Of a stretch of 64,000 bases of DNA, positions 26,196 through 35,311 are shown in pieces. Location of the stretch: assembly GCA_965277805.1 (NCBI GenBank), contig OZ255842.1, positions 64,001 to 128,000 of the forward strand, given 5' to 3'. Source of the stretch: Candidatus Lustribacter sp. (GTDB lineage: Bacteria; Vulcanimicrobiota; Vulcanimicrobiia; Vulcanimicrobiales; Vulcanimicrobiaceae). A model generated the notes under the pieces. That model did no database searches and was not told where the DNA came from. It saw nothing but the letters and a program-made list of their open reading frames with translations. Both the position numbers and the translations under genes were made by a program. The stretch's first letter is position 1; each line of letters begins with the position of its first letter.

Positions 26196-28105
26196 AACGA
26201 GAGCGAGGTTTGGAGGAAGACGCCTTGCCCGATGTCGTGCGTGAGATAACATCCGGGGCAGCTGGCGGTTCCCACCGGTAACGTCGTTCCCGGTATCAGG
26301 TCGTAGGCGTTGTAGATCAGGCCGATGCGTCCGAACTGGCTGAACCAGTATTGCGCGCCGACGTAGCCGATGCGATAACCGTTGGGGTCGCCGAGGAACT
26401 GGTTCTCATAGTTCGTGCCGTTGACGATTGCGGTATGCATGCCGGTTGAGTTGAAGCCGGCTTGGATAAAGCCGCCTTCCAGATACGCGCCGCCCGGATG
26501 GGCGTTGTAGGCGCCGAACTTTCCCTGCACCCACAGCGCTTGGGCTTGCGTCCACGCGGTGTGAGTGAACGGATCGTTGCCGAAGCGCGTCGAGCCCTCC
26601 ACTTCCAGCGAGAGTCCGAGGTTCTTGCCGAACATGTTGGGATCGGCGTAGCGTGCGAACACCGAACCGACCGGCACGTTGGTGACGACGTTCTGGTAGA
26701 GACCGTTCGGGTTGCACGGAACCCCGGGCGCGCAGGCGGCGGCAACGGCCGCGGGCGTGCACGTTGCCGTGCCGGTGTAGCACACCGACGGGTTCCACGA
26801 AGCGAGCACGGCGTCGTTGTCATCGACGAACGCGACGCCGGCCATCAGCTGCTTGGTGAATTGGTACTGGATCGTTCCGAGGAACGTTTGCGAGGTGACG
26901 CCGCACGGGAGCGCGCCCTTCGGCGGCGCCGGTGTTCCGCCCACAACGGGCGCCGTGTTGACCGGCGTGCACGTGTTGGCGATAAAGCCCGCGGCGGGCG
27001 CGGTGGTGGTGTTGCCGCTGACACTCAGCACGGCCTGGTTTTCCGCCGGGAAATCGAAGAAGTAACCGCCGCGGATATTGAGCGGTCCTTTCACGTAACC
27101 GATCTCCGCGCCGTTGAACTGATCGGCCCACGCCAGGCCGAGCGAGCCGTCGGTTTCGTTGATGCGGCCGGCTTCGGCGAGGAAGCCGGAGTCGGGATCC
27201 TGGTACTGCATGTAGCCGTAGTTGAAACGCACGCCGGTGTTGCGCGGATAGGTGCCGCCGACGAAGTTCGGCGAGCTGAGCGCAACGCCGCCGGCCGTCG
27301 AGTTACCGTTCAGTGAGCCGGCTTGGAACGCATCCGAAGCATCCCAGTTGTAGACGTTCTCCACACGGACGTGATACGAGGTCTTTTTGTCGAGGTTGCC
27401 GTCGAGCAGCAGGCGCAACAGCTGATAGCCGTAGCCTTCGCTGTTTTGGCCGGTGAGCCAGCGGTCCGCGCTGGCGTTGCCGCCTGCACCGACGCGCGTT
27501 TGCCCCCCGACGGAGGCCAGACCGACGTTGGCCGGCAAAGCGCGGCCGTCGCCGTTGAACGCCGCCACTTGGTCGTTGAAGTTTCCGGCGCGAATTTGCT
27601 CGACGAGACCGACCTTGGCGCGGGCCATCGTGGTTTCATCGGCGGCTTGTTTCGATTCGACCGACTTCAGACGCGTGTCGATGTCGCTGACGCGAAGCTT
27701 CAGCGCGTCGATATCGCCGCGGAACTCATCGAGCAGCGCGCGCAGCGCGTCGATGTCCTTTTGCGTGACCTCGGGCGCCGTTTGCGGACTAGCGAGCTTC
27801 TTCGTTAGATATTGCACGGCTCGTTCGACTATGACCGCCGCTTCGTAACGCGTCATCGGCCGGTTGCCTTTGAACGTGCCATCGGGATATCCGACGATGA
27901 TTCCGTCGTTGACGAGGTCGAGGATCGACTGATAGGCCCAGCCATCGGTCGGAAGATCTTTTAACGCATCGATTTGCGCTTGCGCGTCGATCACGTCGCC
28001 CGTCATTCCCGGAACGGGAGGCGGGGCATCGGCCGATTGTGCGACGAGCGGAAATCCTGTAATGGTGAGCGCAACAAAAAGCGCTCCCAGACGCCGGAAC
28101 GGCAT
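26192..28105 (-). CDS. SLH-domain outer membrane beta-barrel protein (OmpM/cyanobacterial porin-like)
   Basis: Signal peptide, SLH motif DLPTDGWAY...GIIVGYPDGTFKGNRPMTRYE, coiled coil, beta-rich C-terminus ending in F. Confidence 0.85.
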   Translation of the reverse strand: MPFRRLGALFVALTITGFPLVAQSADAPPPVPGMTGDVIDAQAQIDALKDLPTDGWAYQSILDLVNDGIIVGYPDGTFKGNRPMTRYEAAVIVERAVQYLTKKLASPQTAPEVTQKDIDALRALLDEFRGDIDALKLRVSDIDTRLKSVESKQAADETTMARAKVGLVEQIRAGNFNDQVAAFNGDGRALPANVGLASVGGQTRVGAGGNASADRWLTGQNSEGYGYQLLRLLLDGNLDKKTSYHVRVENVYNWDASDAFQAGSLNGNSTAGGVALSSPNFVGGTYPRNTGVRFNYGYMQYQDPDSGFLAEAGRINETDGSLGLAWADQFNGAEIGYVKGPLNIRGGYFFDFPAENQAVLSVSGNTTTAPAAGFIANTCTPVNTAPVVGGTPAPPKGALPCGVTSQTFLGTIQYQFTKQLMAGVAFVDDNDAVLASWNPSVCYTGTATCTPAAVAAACAPGVPCNPNGLYQNVVTNVPVGSVFARYADPNMFGKNLGLSLEVEGSTRFGNDPFTHTAWTQAQALWVQGKFGAYNAHPGGAYLEGGFIQAGFNSTGMHTAIVNGTNYENQFLGDPNGYRIGYVGAQYWFSQFGRIGLIYNAYDLIPGTTLPVGTASCPGCYLTHDIGQGVFLQTSLSF

Positions 28106-28180
28106 CGGAGTAGTCCTTTCTCTCTTATAACGCGCGCCGGCGGATCCGGCATGCTCCGGTTGCTAGAGTAGCGCCGGAAG

Positions 28181-28221
28181 ATTAACGGCGTTTTGAGATG
28201 CGCTTAACCAGCGCTTATGCG
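28181..28221 (-). promoter_or_regulatory. Four 11-bp-periodic direct repeats (OmpR/Pho-box-like) upstream of the SLH porin
   Basis: Plus strand reads ATTAACGG-CGT-TTTGAGAT-GCG-CTTAACCA-GCG-CTTATGCG. A minus-strand TACTCT -10-like box lies 10 nt downstream. Confidence 0.5.
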
Positions 28222-28284
28222 CACGCGTTCACAGAATCTGGGCGGCGCGAAAAATATTTTGCGCACCATAATGATGACCGCGTC

Positions 28285-29082
28285 TTAAGGTTCGCGCGAA
28301 AAGATCCCGATGATCCGCGCGGTGCCCGCGATTGCGCCGAGCGCCGCGTCGAGGCGCGCGCGATCGACGTCGCCGATCTCGAAGAAGAAGCGATAGTGGA
28401 ACGGATCGACGTGATTCGGCCGCGCCACGAGCGAACGCAAATCGAGTCCGCGATCGGCGAACGCGGAAAGCGCATCGCGCAGCGTGCCGGGCCGGTTCAC
28501 GACTTCGATGGCGACGCAACCGAGCGTGCCGTGCGACTGCGGTTCGCGCGTAAGCAAGTAGAAGCGCGTGAAGTTGCGCGGATCGTCTTGGATCGCCGTG
28601 CGCAGCACCTTCGCGCCGTACAGTTCCGCCGCGAGCGCCGGACCGATCGCCGCGATCGCTGGGTCACCGAGCGCCACGATCTCGGCCACCGCGCCGGCCG
28701 TATCAGCCACCGCAACGCGCTTCCAGGCCGGATGTTGGCCGGCGAAACGGTGGATCTGTTCGAGCGCAACCGGGTGCGAGCGGATCTCGCGGATGTTCGC
28801 TTCGACGGCGTCGCGCGTGCCGATCAGGTTCATCTCGACCGGAAACGCCGTTTCCGCGATCGCGTGCAGCTTGCCGTACTCCCACAACAGGTCGTACGAC
28901 CGCGGAATCGAGCCGGCGATCGAGTTCTCCACCGGCAGCAGTGCGGCGTCGATCTCACCACCGTCGACCGCCGCCACGAGCAGATCGAAGGAAAGATAGC
29001 CGCGCGTCTGCGCGCCGGGGCGCAAGCGCCGCGCCGCCGCGTCGCTGAACGCGCCGGCCTCACCCTGAAAGCCGATGATCAT
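28285..29082 (-). CDS. pheA: Prephenate dehydratase
   Basis: FQGEAGAFS, PVENSIAG, SHPVAL.Q, NFTRF and a C-terminal ACT domain. Confidence 0.92.
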   Translation of the reverse strand: MIIGFQGEAGAFSDAAARRLRPGAQTRGYLSFDLLVAAVDGGEIDAALLPVENSIAGSIPRSYDLLWEYGKLHAIAETAFPVEMNLIGTRDAVEANIREIRSHPVALEQIHRFAGQHPAWKRVAVADTAGAVAEIVALGDPAIAAIGPALAAELYGAKVLRTAIQDDPRNFTRFYLLTREPQSHGTLGCVAIEVVNRPGTLRDALSAFADRGLDLRSLVARPNHVDPFHYRFFFEIGDVDRARLDAALGAIAGTARIIGIFSREP

Positions 29083-29795
29083 TTCGTGAGATCGCCGATC
29101 TCGCTGCGTGCGTCGGGCACGCGCGGATCGTTCGGCGCGGCGTTGATGAACTTCTGAAAGGCGGCGGCCGCATCGGTGCGCCTGCCGATCGCGACCAGCA
29201 CGACCGCGCGGTTGTAGAGCGCCGGCACGAACGCGGGCCGCTTCGCCAGCACGGTCTCGAGCTGCGCGAGCGCCTCGAGATCGTGACCGGTTTGGTGCAG
29301 CGCGGTCGCGTAGTCGGTGCGCACGTCGGGGTTACCCGGATCGAGTGCGAGCGCGCGCTTGTCGTACGCGATCGCCTGATCGAACTTGCTCGCATCGAAA
29401 TACATGTCGGCCAGCGCGACGAGCGCCGCAAGGTCGTTGGGATTGGCTTTCAAGCGTGCGCGCATCGTCGTCAGCTCTTGCATCACCGGCGCCGGCGGGC
29501 CCCCGCCTCCGACGGTGTTGCCGGGCAGGGCTGAGGTCTGCGCGATCGGCCCGGTACCGGTCTGCGGAACCGTAAACGTGCCGGGGGCATCGGTCACCAT
29601 GCTGGCCGGAGCGGCCGTAGCCTGGATGCGCGCATCGCCTTGTTCGGCGGGCGCACCGTAGCCGAGCGCCGTGCCGCCCTCGCCGAATCCCACCTTCACC
29701 AGATATCCCATGATGGCGATGAACACGACGGCGACGACGGTGAGAATCGGGAGCGCGATGCGCAGAGGAAGACCCATCTCGCCGGAGAGTTGCAT
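29079..29795 (-). CDS. Membrane-anchored tetratricopeptide repeat protein
   Basis: N-terminal TM and C-terminal TPR motifs (AL.LDP.N). Alternative ATG at 29777. Confidence 0.85.
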   Translation of the reverse strand: MQLSGEMGLPLRIALPILTVVAVVFIAIMGYLVKVGFGEGGTALGYGAPAEQGDARIQATAAPASMVTDAPGTFTVPQTGTGPIAQTSALPGNTVGGGGPPAPVMQELTTMRARLKANPNDLAALVALADMYFDASKFDQAIAYDKRALALDPGNPDVRTDYATALHQTGHDLEALAQLETVLAKRPAFVPALYNRAVVLVAIGRRTDAAAAFQKFINAAPNDPRVPDARSEIGDLTK

Positions 29796-29817
29796 TTGTG
29801 CCTCGAATCCTCATGCC

Positions 29818-30336
29818 GTGGGACCCGAACTACCCGACGTCGCCGAATTGCAGCTCCTCTTTGCACAGTTCAATTTCATGCACTTTGACGGCGAAATCCC
29901 AGCCTTCCGGATTGCCTACAACGCGCGTTTCTCGAACGTCGCCGGACGCATTAGCTACAAGCCGCCGCTGATCGAGCTCTCGCCCAAGCACCTGCGGAAC
30001 AAGCCCGAGGAATTACGTCAAACGCTCCTGCATGAAATGATCCACGCCTGGCTGCACGCGCGCGGCGAGAACTCGAACCACACGCCCAAGTTCAAGCGCA
30101 AGATGCGCGAGCTCGGCTTGACGTCGATCTACCACGATCTCGGCACTGCCGCGCCGTTGAACCCCTCGGTCAAACGCTACGTGCTGCGCTGCGAGAAGTG
30201 CGGGATGGAACTCTTGCGCCGCCGCAAACCGCCGGCCAATCTGCTCTGCGCGCGCGACCGCAAGGAACTCAAAGTCTTCGAGATCGTCGAGATGCGCGAA
30301 GTCGAACCCGCCAAGGCGGCAAACCGGAGCCGCTAA
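29818..30336 (+). CDS. SprT-like zinc metalloprotease domain protein
   Basis: TLLHEMIH, H...FK and C-x2-C...C-x2-D zinc ribbon. GTG start at 29818. Confidence 0.85.
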   Translation: MGPELPDVAELQLLFAQFNFMHFDGEIPAFRIAYNARFSNVAGRISYKPPLIELSPKHLRNKPEELRQTLLHEMIHAWLHARGENSNHTPKFKRKMRELGLTSIYHDLGTAAPLNPSVKRYVLRCEKCGMELLRRRKPPANLLCARDRKELKVFEIVEMREVEPAKAANRSR

Positions 30337-30342
30337 ACCTCG

Positions 30343-30370
30343 GTCATCCCGAGCTTGTCGAGGGACCGCC
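30343..30370 (+). repeat. 28-bp intergenic REP-like element, copy 2
   Basis: GTCATCCCGAGCTTGTCGAGGGACCGCC, identical to the reverse complement of 1633-1660. Lies between convergent genes. Confidence 0.8.
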
Positions 30371-30383
30371 ACGATCGGGTTGT

Positions 30384-31025
30384 TTACAAATAACCGCGCC
30401 GCATCGCGTTGACCGCGGCCTGCGTGCGGTCGGCGGCGGAGAGCTTCTCGAGGATGTCGCGGATGTGCCCTTTGACCGTGCCGAGCCCGATGTGCAGGCG
30501 TTCGGCGATCTCGGTGTTGCCGATACCGTCGGCGATCAGCCGCAGCACGTCGAGCTCGCGCGGGGTAAGCGGGGAATCGCTGCTGCGCTGCTGCGGGGGC
30601 GCTCCGAGGCGGCGCAGCACGACGTGCGCGATGCGCGGATCGAAGTACGCGCCGCCGCCGGCGACGATGCGCACGGCATCGATCACGGTCGAGGCGTCCG
30701 ACGACTTAACGCAATAGGCGTCCGCGCCGGCCGAGAGCGCCGCCAGCACTTCGTCGTCGAGTTCGTGCATCGTTAGGATGACGACGTGCAGGTCCGGCAT
30801 CTCGGTCTTGATTGCGCGCGTCAGCGCGACGCCGTCGCGGCCGGGTAAGCCGATGTCGACGATCGCCACGGCCGGACGCTCGCGCAGGATCACGGCTTCC
30901 GCGCTGATGCCGTCGCTCGCTTCGGCCACGACGCGAACGTCGCCGCTCGCCTCGAGCGCCGTGCGCAGTCCGGTGCGGGTGAGGGCGTGGTCTTCGACCA
31001 GGACAACGGAAATCGGTTCGTTCAT
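30384..31025 (-). CDS. NarL/LuxR-family response regulator
   Basis: REC domain (VEDH, VDIGLP, K) and LuxR HTH LTPRELDVL...EIAERL...TVKGH. Confidence 0.93.
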   Translation of the reverse strand: MNEPISVVLVEDHALTRTGLRTALEASGDVRVVAEASDGISAEAVILRERPAVAIVDIGLPGRDGVALTRAIKTEMPDLHVVILTMHELDDEVLAALSAGADAYCVKSSDASTVIDAVRIVAGGGAYFDPRIAHVVLRRLGAPPQQRSSDSPLTPRELDVLRLIADGIGNTEIAERLHIGLGTVKGHIRDILEKLSAADRTQAAVNAMRRGYL

Positions 31026-32590
31026 GCAGATGCCACCGCCGGGAGGCGCAGCGTGAAGATGCTGCCTTGCGGCACGTTCGGCTCGTAGCCGACACTCCCG
31101 CCCGATTCTTCCGCGACGCGGCGCACGATGTAGAGCCCCAGACCGGACCCGCCGCCGCGCCGGTCGTCCCCGCGCGCGAAGCGCGTGAAGAGGTGCGAGC
31201 GCACTTTTTCCGACACGCCGAAGCCGTCGTCGGTGATGCGCACGATCGCGGTGTTGCCGGAACGTTCGACCGCGACCGCCACGTGGCCGTCGGCCGGTGT
31301 GTATTCGAGCGCGTTGGCCACGAGATTCGTGATCGCGCGCCGGATATCGCCCCGATCGCCGACGGTTTGCACCGCCGCGCCTGGTTCGACGGCGATCGAC
31401 AGTGCAACATGACGGGTGGCGGCCAACGCTTCCAGTTCGCCCGCGATCTGACGCGCGATCTCGCCGAGGTCGATGGTGTCGCGCTCGGGGCGCCGGTCGC
31501 CGCTCTCGAAGCGTGCGACCAGCAACAGCGTTTCGGCTAAGCGCTGCACGTCGTCGGTGGCGATCACACTGCGCTCGACGATCTCGCGGTAGCGTTCGGG
31601 AAGCTCGCCGTATGCGCCGGCCTGTGCTTGCCGCAGCGTCATCCCGAGCGCGGCGAGCGGCGTGCGCAGATCGTGCGAGAGCGCGTACACCAAATCTCGA
31701 ATGATGCCGCTGCGCTCTTCGAGCGCGGCGTTGCGTTCGGCGAGCTGTTCGAAGAGCCGCGCTTGTGCGAGCGCACCGGCCGATTGCTGCGCGTACGCGC
31801 GGGCGACGCCGCGCAACTGCTCGAGTTCCTCGTGGTCGCTCGTCACGAGCAGTACGCCGAAGCGGCGTTCGCGATCTGCGATCGGTATTGCCAGCATCGC
31901 TGCAGCCCCGAAGGTGTCGAGGATCATGCGCCCAAGCGGATCGGTGCGGGCGACGGCGATCGTGTCGCCGTCGTCGGCGGCGCGCTGTACGAGCGAGATC
32001 GCCGCCGGCGGTAGGCGCTCCTCATCGACGTCGACTTGCGCCTGCCCGCGTTTGGCGACTAGCGTCGTCGCGCGGGTCCCGGCGATCGAGAAGCGCGCGA
32101 TGCCGGCGTCGAACAGATCCAGCGATTCGCGTGCGATTCCCCGCAGCACGAGCTCGGTCGACAGCGAGGCACGAACCCGTTCGATCGCCGTCGAGATTTG
32201 GGCTTCGCGCCGCGCGCGCAATTCTTGTGCGGCCGCTTCGCCGGCGCGCTGCGCGTTATCGATGACCGCCGAACTCAAGTAGCCGACGAGCACGATCGAA
32301 AGACCCGCGAGCATCCGGTCGCCGATGCCGATCGCGTCCCAATGATGGCCGGCCAGGACGCCGTTCACGTAGCCCGCGATGACGTCGCAAGCCAGTGCCG
32401 CGATCACGAGCATCAAACGGAAACGGCTGCTGCCGCCGAGGCTGCTCAGTACGATCGGTACGTCGAGCAGGATCGCTGCGACAAAAAGCTGCGGCGTCAG
32501 CAAATCGACGACGAACGCGGCGAGGAGCGCGAGCACGCACACGACCGGCACGAAGCGGTACGGCACGGCTTGCGCTTCCTCAATGCTCAC
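31022..32590 (-). CDS. Membrane sensor histidine kinase (TM-GAF-HisKA-HATPase; resembles the C-terminal half of KdpD)
   Basis: N-terminal TM bundle, GAF-like region, SHDLRTPL H-box, NLVANAL, DDGFG and GSGLGL motifs. Confidence 0.9.
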   Translation of the reverse strand: MSIEEAQAVPYRFVPVVCVLALLAAFVVDLLTPQLFVAAILLDVPIVLSSLGGSSRFRLMLVIAALACDVIAGYVNGVLAGHHWDAIGIGDRMLAGLSIVLVGYLSSAVIDNAQRAGEAAAQELRARREAQISTAIERVRASLSTELVLRGIARESLDLFDAGIARFSIAGTRATTLVAKRGQAQVDVDEERLPPAAISLVQRAADDGDTIAVARTDPLGRMILDTFGAAAMLAIPIADRERRFGVLLVTSDHEELEQLRGVARAYAQQSAGALAQARLFEQLAERNAALEERSGIIRDLVYALSHDLRTPLAALGMTLRQAQAGAYGELPERYREIVERSVIATDDVQRLAETLLLVARFESGDRRPERDTIDLGEIARQIAGELEALAATRHVALSIAVEPGAAVQTVGDRGDIRRAITNLVANALEYTPADGHVAVAVERSGNTAIVRITDDGFGVSEKVRSHLFTRFARGDDRRGGGSGLGLYIVRRVAEESGGSVGYEPNVPQGSIFTLRLPAVASA

Positions 32591-32618
32591 CGGGACCCTC
32601 CGCCGAAGAAGACGCGCT

Positions 32619-34703
32619 ATGGAGCGTTCCGCGCGGCCGACTGCGCAAGCCTTGCTGGCCGAACTCGGTTTTCAGCCGCGGCTGACGATCTATCTTGCCG
32701 GTGCGCCGGGCGCGGGAAAGACGTACCGCCTGCTCACCGACGCCAACTTTCAGCGCCGCGCCGGCCGGCGCGTGGCAATCGGCTGGATCGAAACGAAAGA
32801 CCGTCCCGGCTTGGATGAACTGGCCCGCGATCTGCCGCGCATTCCGCTCAAGCGTTACGACGTGGGCGGCAGCACGTTTGAGGATTTCGACGTCGACGCC
32901 GCAATCGCAAGCAACTACGAGACGATCGTGCTCGACGAACTCGCGCACTCCAACCCGCCGGGCGCGACGCACGCCAAACGCTGGCAGGACGCGCTCGCGC
33001 TGCGCGCCGCCGGGAAGTCGGTGCTCGGCGCGTTCAACATTCAACATCTCGAAACCGTCGCGCTGACGGCCGAACGGATCACCGGCCATCCGATTCGCGA
33101 GATCGTGCCGATCTCGCTGCTCAAGAGTGCCGACGGTGTGATCGCGCTCGACGTCTCGCCGGCCGTACTCGAGTCGCGTTTGCGCAGCGGGCGGATCGTC
33201 CACGACGACGATGTGGAACGCGCCGCAATGGGCGTTTTCCGGCAAAGCAATCTGCAGATGATGCGCGAGCTGCTGCTGCAAACCGTCGACGCGCTCACGA
33301 TTCCGGTCGTGAGTCCCGCGAAGACGTCGACGGCGCTCGTGATCGTGTGCGGAGACGACGATCCGGGAACCTATCTGCGCCGGGTGGGTGCGCTCGCCGA
33401 AGTGCTCGACCTTGCCGTTGAGGTGACGGTCGTCGAAGGTGCCGAGCGCCCCGACCTCGCTTCGCTCGCCCTGTCCACTGCCGAAGCCGCCGTCATCGCG
33501 CCGCCGGAGCGGCTCGCCGAGGGGCGTCTGGATAACGCGCGTGCCGCGTTCGTCGCGATTCCCAACGGCGAGTTGGCGCGCAAGATTCTCGGACGGCCGA
33601 TCGACCGCGATCTCTATATCATGGATCCGGCCCGGCCGCCGGCACCGAGCGTGGCCGACGGTGCACGGCATCCGTACGGTCAAACCGTCGGCGACCGGAT
33701 GCGCATCGGCTACGGCAAACTCACGATCTATCTCGGTTCGGTTGCCGGCAGCGGCAAAACGTACGCGATGCTCGATCGCGCGCACGATCTCATCAGCGAG
33801 GGCGTGGACGTCGTGGTCGGGTTGGTCGAGACGCACGGGCGGGTGGATACTGAGGCAAAACTGGCCGGGCTCGACGTCTTGCCGCGTTTGCCCAACGGTG
33901 AGCTGGATCGCGAAGCGATCGTCAAACGCCGGCCGCAAGTCGTGCTGATCGACGAACTCGCGCACACGAACGAACCCGGCAGTCCCTTTCCGAAGCGCTT
34001 CGACGACGTGATCGCGATCTTGCGCCAAGGCATCTCGGTGATCACGACGCTCAACATCCAGCATCTCGAAGGCTTGGGCGATGCGGTCGAACGGCTGACC
34101 GGGACGCACGTGCGTGAAACGCTGCCGGATACGATCCTCGAACTGGCCGACGACGTCATCTTCGTCGACGTGACGCCCGAGGTGCTGCGCGAGCGGTTGC
34201 GCGAGGGCAAGATCTATCCGAAGGAACGGATCGACGCGGCGCTCGCGAATTTCTTCCGGATCGAAAACCTCGCCGCACTGCGCGAACTGACCGTGCGCGA
34301 GCTGATGCGCGCCCGCCGTCAACGCCGGCATGCGCCGCCGTTCGCGCGCATCGTGCTCGGCGTGCGCGCGCGCGAGCGCGACGTCGCGCTGATCGAACGG
34401 ATGGCTCGGCTGGCGACGCGGCTTTCGGTCGAGCTGGCCGTCGTGCACGTCAGCACGCCGCGCGAGACGCCCGACGCCGGGGCGATTGAGGCGCTGCAGA
34501 AGGCGACGCGCCTGGCGCGGGCACTGTGGCTGCCTTTGGAGGGCGCGGATCCGGCGGCGGCGCTCGTCGCCGCAGCGAAAGAACTCGACACGATCGTGGT
34601 CGAGTCCCCGCGCGGTAAACGGCGCCTGTTCACGGCGCCGTCATTTGCGAATCTGTTACTGCGAGCGGGTGCGCGCGAATTGATCGCCCTCGCCCCGCAC
34701 TAA
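32619..34703 (+). CDS. KdpD-like non-kinase sensor with two tandem KdpD N-terminal domains and USP-like domains
   Basis: Two Walker-A/DELAH modules (GAPGAGKT...DELAHSN; GSVAGSGKT...DELAHTN) and a C-terminal USP-like domain. No TM and no H-box. Confidence 0.88.
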   Translation: MERSARPTAQALLAELGFQPRLTIYLAGAPGAGKTYRLLTDANFQRRAGRRVAIGWIETKDRPGLDELARDLPRIPLKRYDVGGSTFEDFDVDAAIASNYETIVLDELAHSNPPGATHAKRWQDALALRAAGKSVLGAFNIQHLETVALTAERITGHPIREIVPISLLKSADGVIALDVSPAVLESRLRSGRIVHDDDVERAAMGVFRQSNLQMMRELLLQTVDALTIPVVSPAKTSTALVIVCGDDDPGTYLRRVGALAEVLDLAVEVTVVEGAERPDLASLALSTAEAAVIAPPERLAEGRLDNARAAFVAIPNGELARKILGRPIDRDLYIMDPARPPAPSVADGARHPYGQTVGDRMRIGYGKLTIYLGSVAGSGKTYAMLDRAHDLISEGVDVVVGLVETHGRVDTEAKLAGLDVLPRLPNGELDREAIVKRRPQVVLIDELAHTNEPGSPFPKRFDDVIAILRQGISVITTLNIQHLEGLGDAVERLTGTHVRETLPDTILELADDVIFVDVTPEVLRERLREGKIYPKERIDAALANFFRIENLAALRELTVRELMRARRQRRHAPPFARIVLGVRARERDVALIERMARLATRLSVELAVVHVSTPRETPDAGAIEALQKATRLARALWLPLEGADPAAALVAAAKELDTIVVESPRGKRRLFTAPSFANLLLRAGARELIALAPH

Positions 34704-34708
34704 GCATT

Positions 34709-35311
34709 TCACTTTGCAGCGTCCAGCGCGAGATTGAGGCTGAGGACGTTCACGCGAGGTTCGCCGAGGATGCCCAGCGTGCGTCCGAGGACGTGCGCGT
34801 CGACGATCGCTTTGATGGCGTCGGTCGTCATGTGCCGTGCAGCCGCAACGCGCGGGATCTGCCAGACGGCCGCTTCGGGCGAGATGTCCGGATCGATGCC
34901 GCTGCCGCTGCTGGTAACGAGATCGATCGGCGGTTCACCAATCGCTTGCGGGTTCGCTTTCTTGAGCGCCGCGATCGTGGCTTTGGTGGCGTCCATGAGT
35001 TTCTTCGATGTCGGCGCCAGGTTCGTACCGCCCGTGGAGGTCGGATCGTAACCCTTGCCGGCGGCCGACGGCCGGCCCTGGAAGTACTGCGGTTTCGTCC
35101 ACAGCTGGCCGATCAGCAACGAGCCGACGACTTTGCCGTTGCTCTCGACGAACGATCCGTTCGCCTGGTGCGGGAAGATCAACATGCCGATTCCGGTCAT
35201 CGCGAGGGGATAGATGATGCCGAGCGCGATGACGGTCACGATCGTGTAGAGGATCGAGGTGAGGAGATGCGAGAGCGTGTTCTCGCTCGTGGGGGCAGTG
35301 GCGGGTTGCAT
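34709..35311 (-). CDS. kdpC: K+-transporting ATPase subunit C
   Basis: QANGS, GS.LIGQ, YFQGRPSA, SGSGIDPDIS and VNVL.LN.ALD motifs. Confidence 0.96.
   Translation of the reverse strand: MQPATAPTSENTLSHLLTSILYTIVTVIALGIIYPLAMTGIGMLIFPHQANGSFVESNGKVVGSLLIGQLWTKPQYFQGRPSAAGKGYDPTSTGGTNLAPTSKKLMDATKATIAALKKANPQAIGEPPIDLVTSSGSGIDPDISPEAAVWQIPRVAAARHMTTDAIKAIVDAHVLGRTLGILGEPRVNVLSLNLALDAAK

Noticed and set aside
32580-34448. 622-aa minus-strand ORF
   Set aside because: Antisense to the KdpD-like gene, with no recognisable domain.
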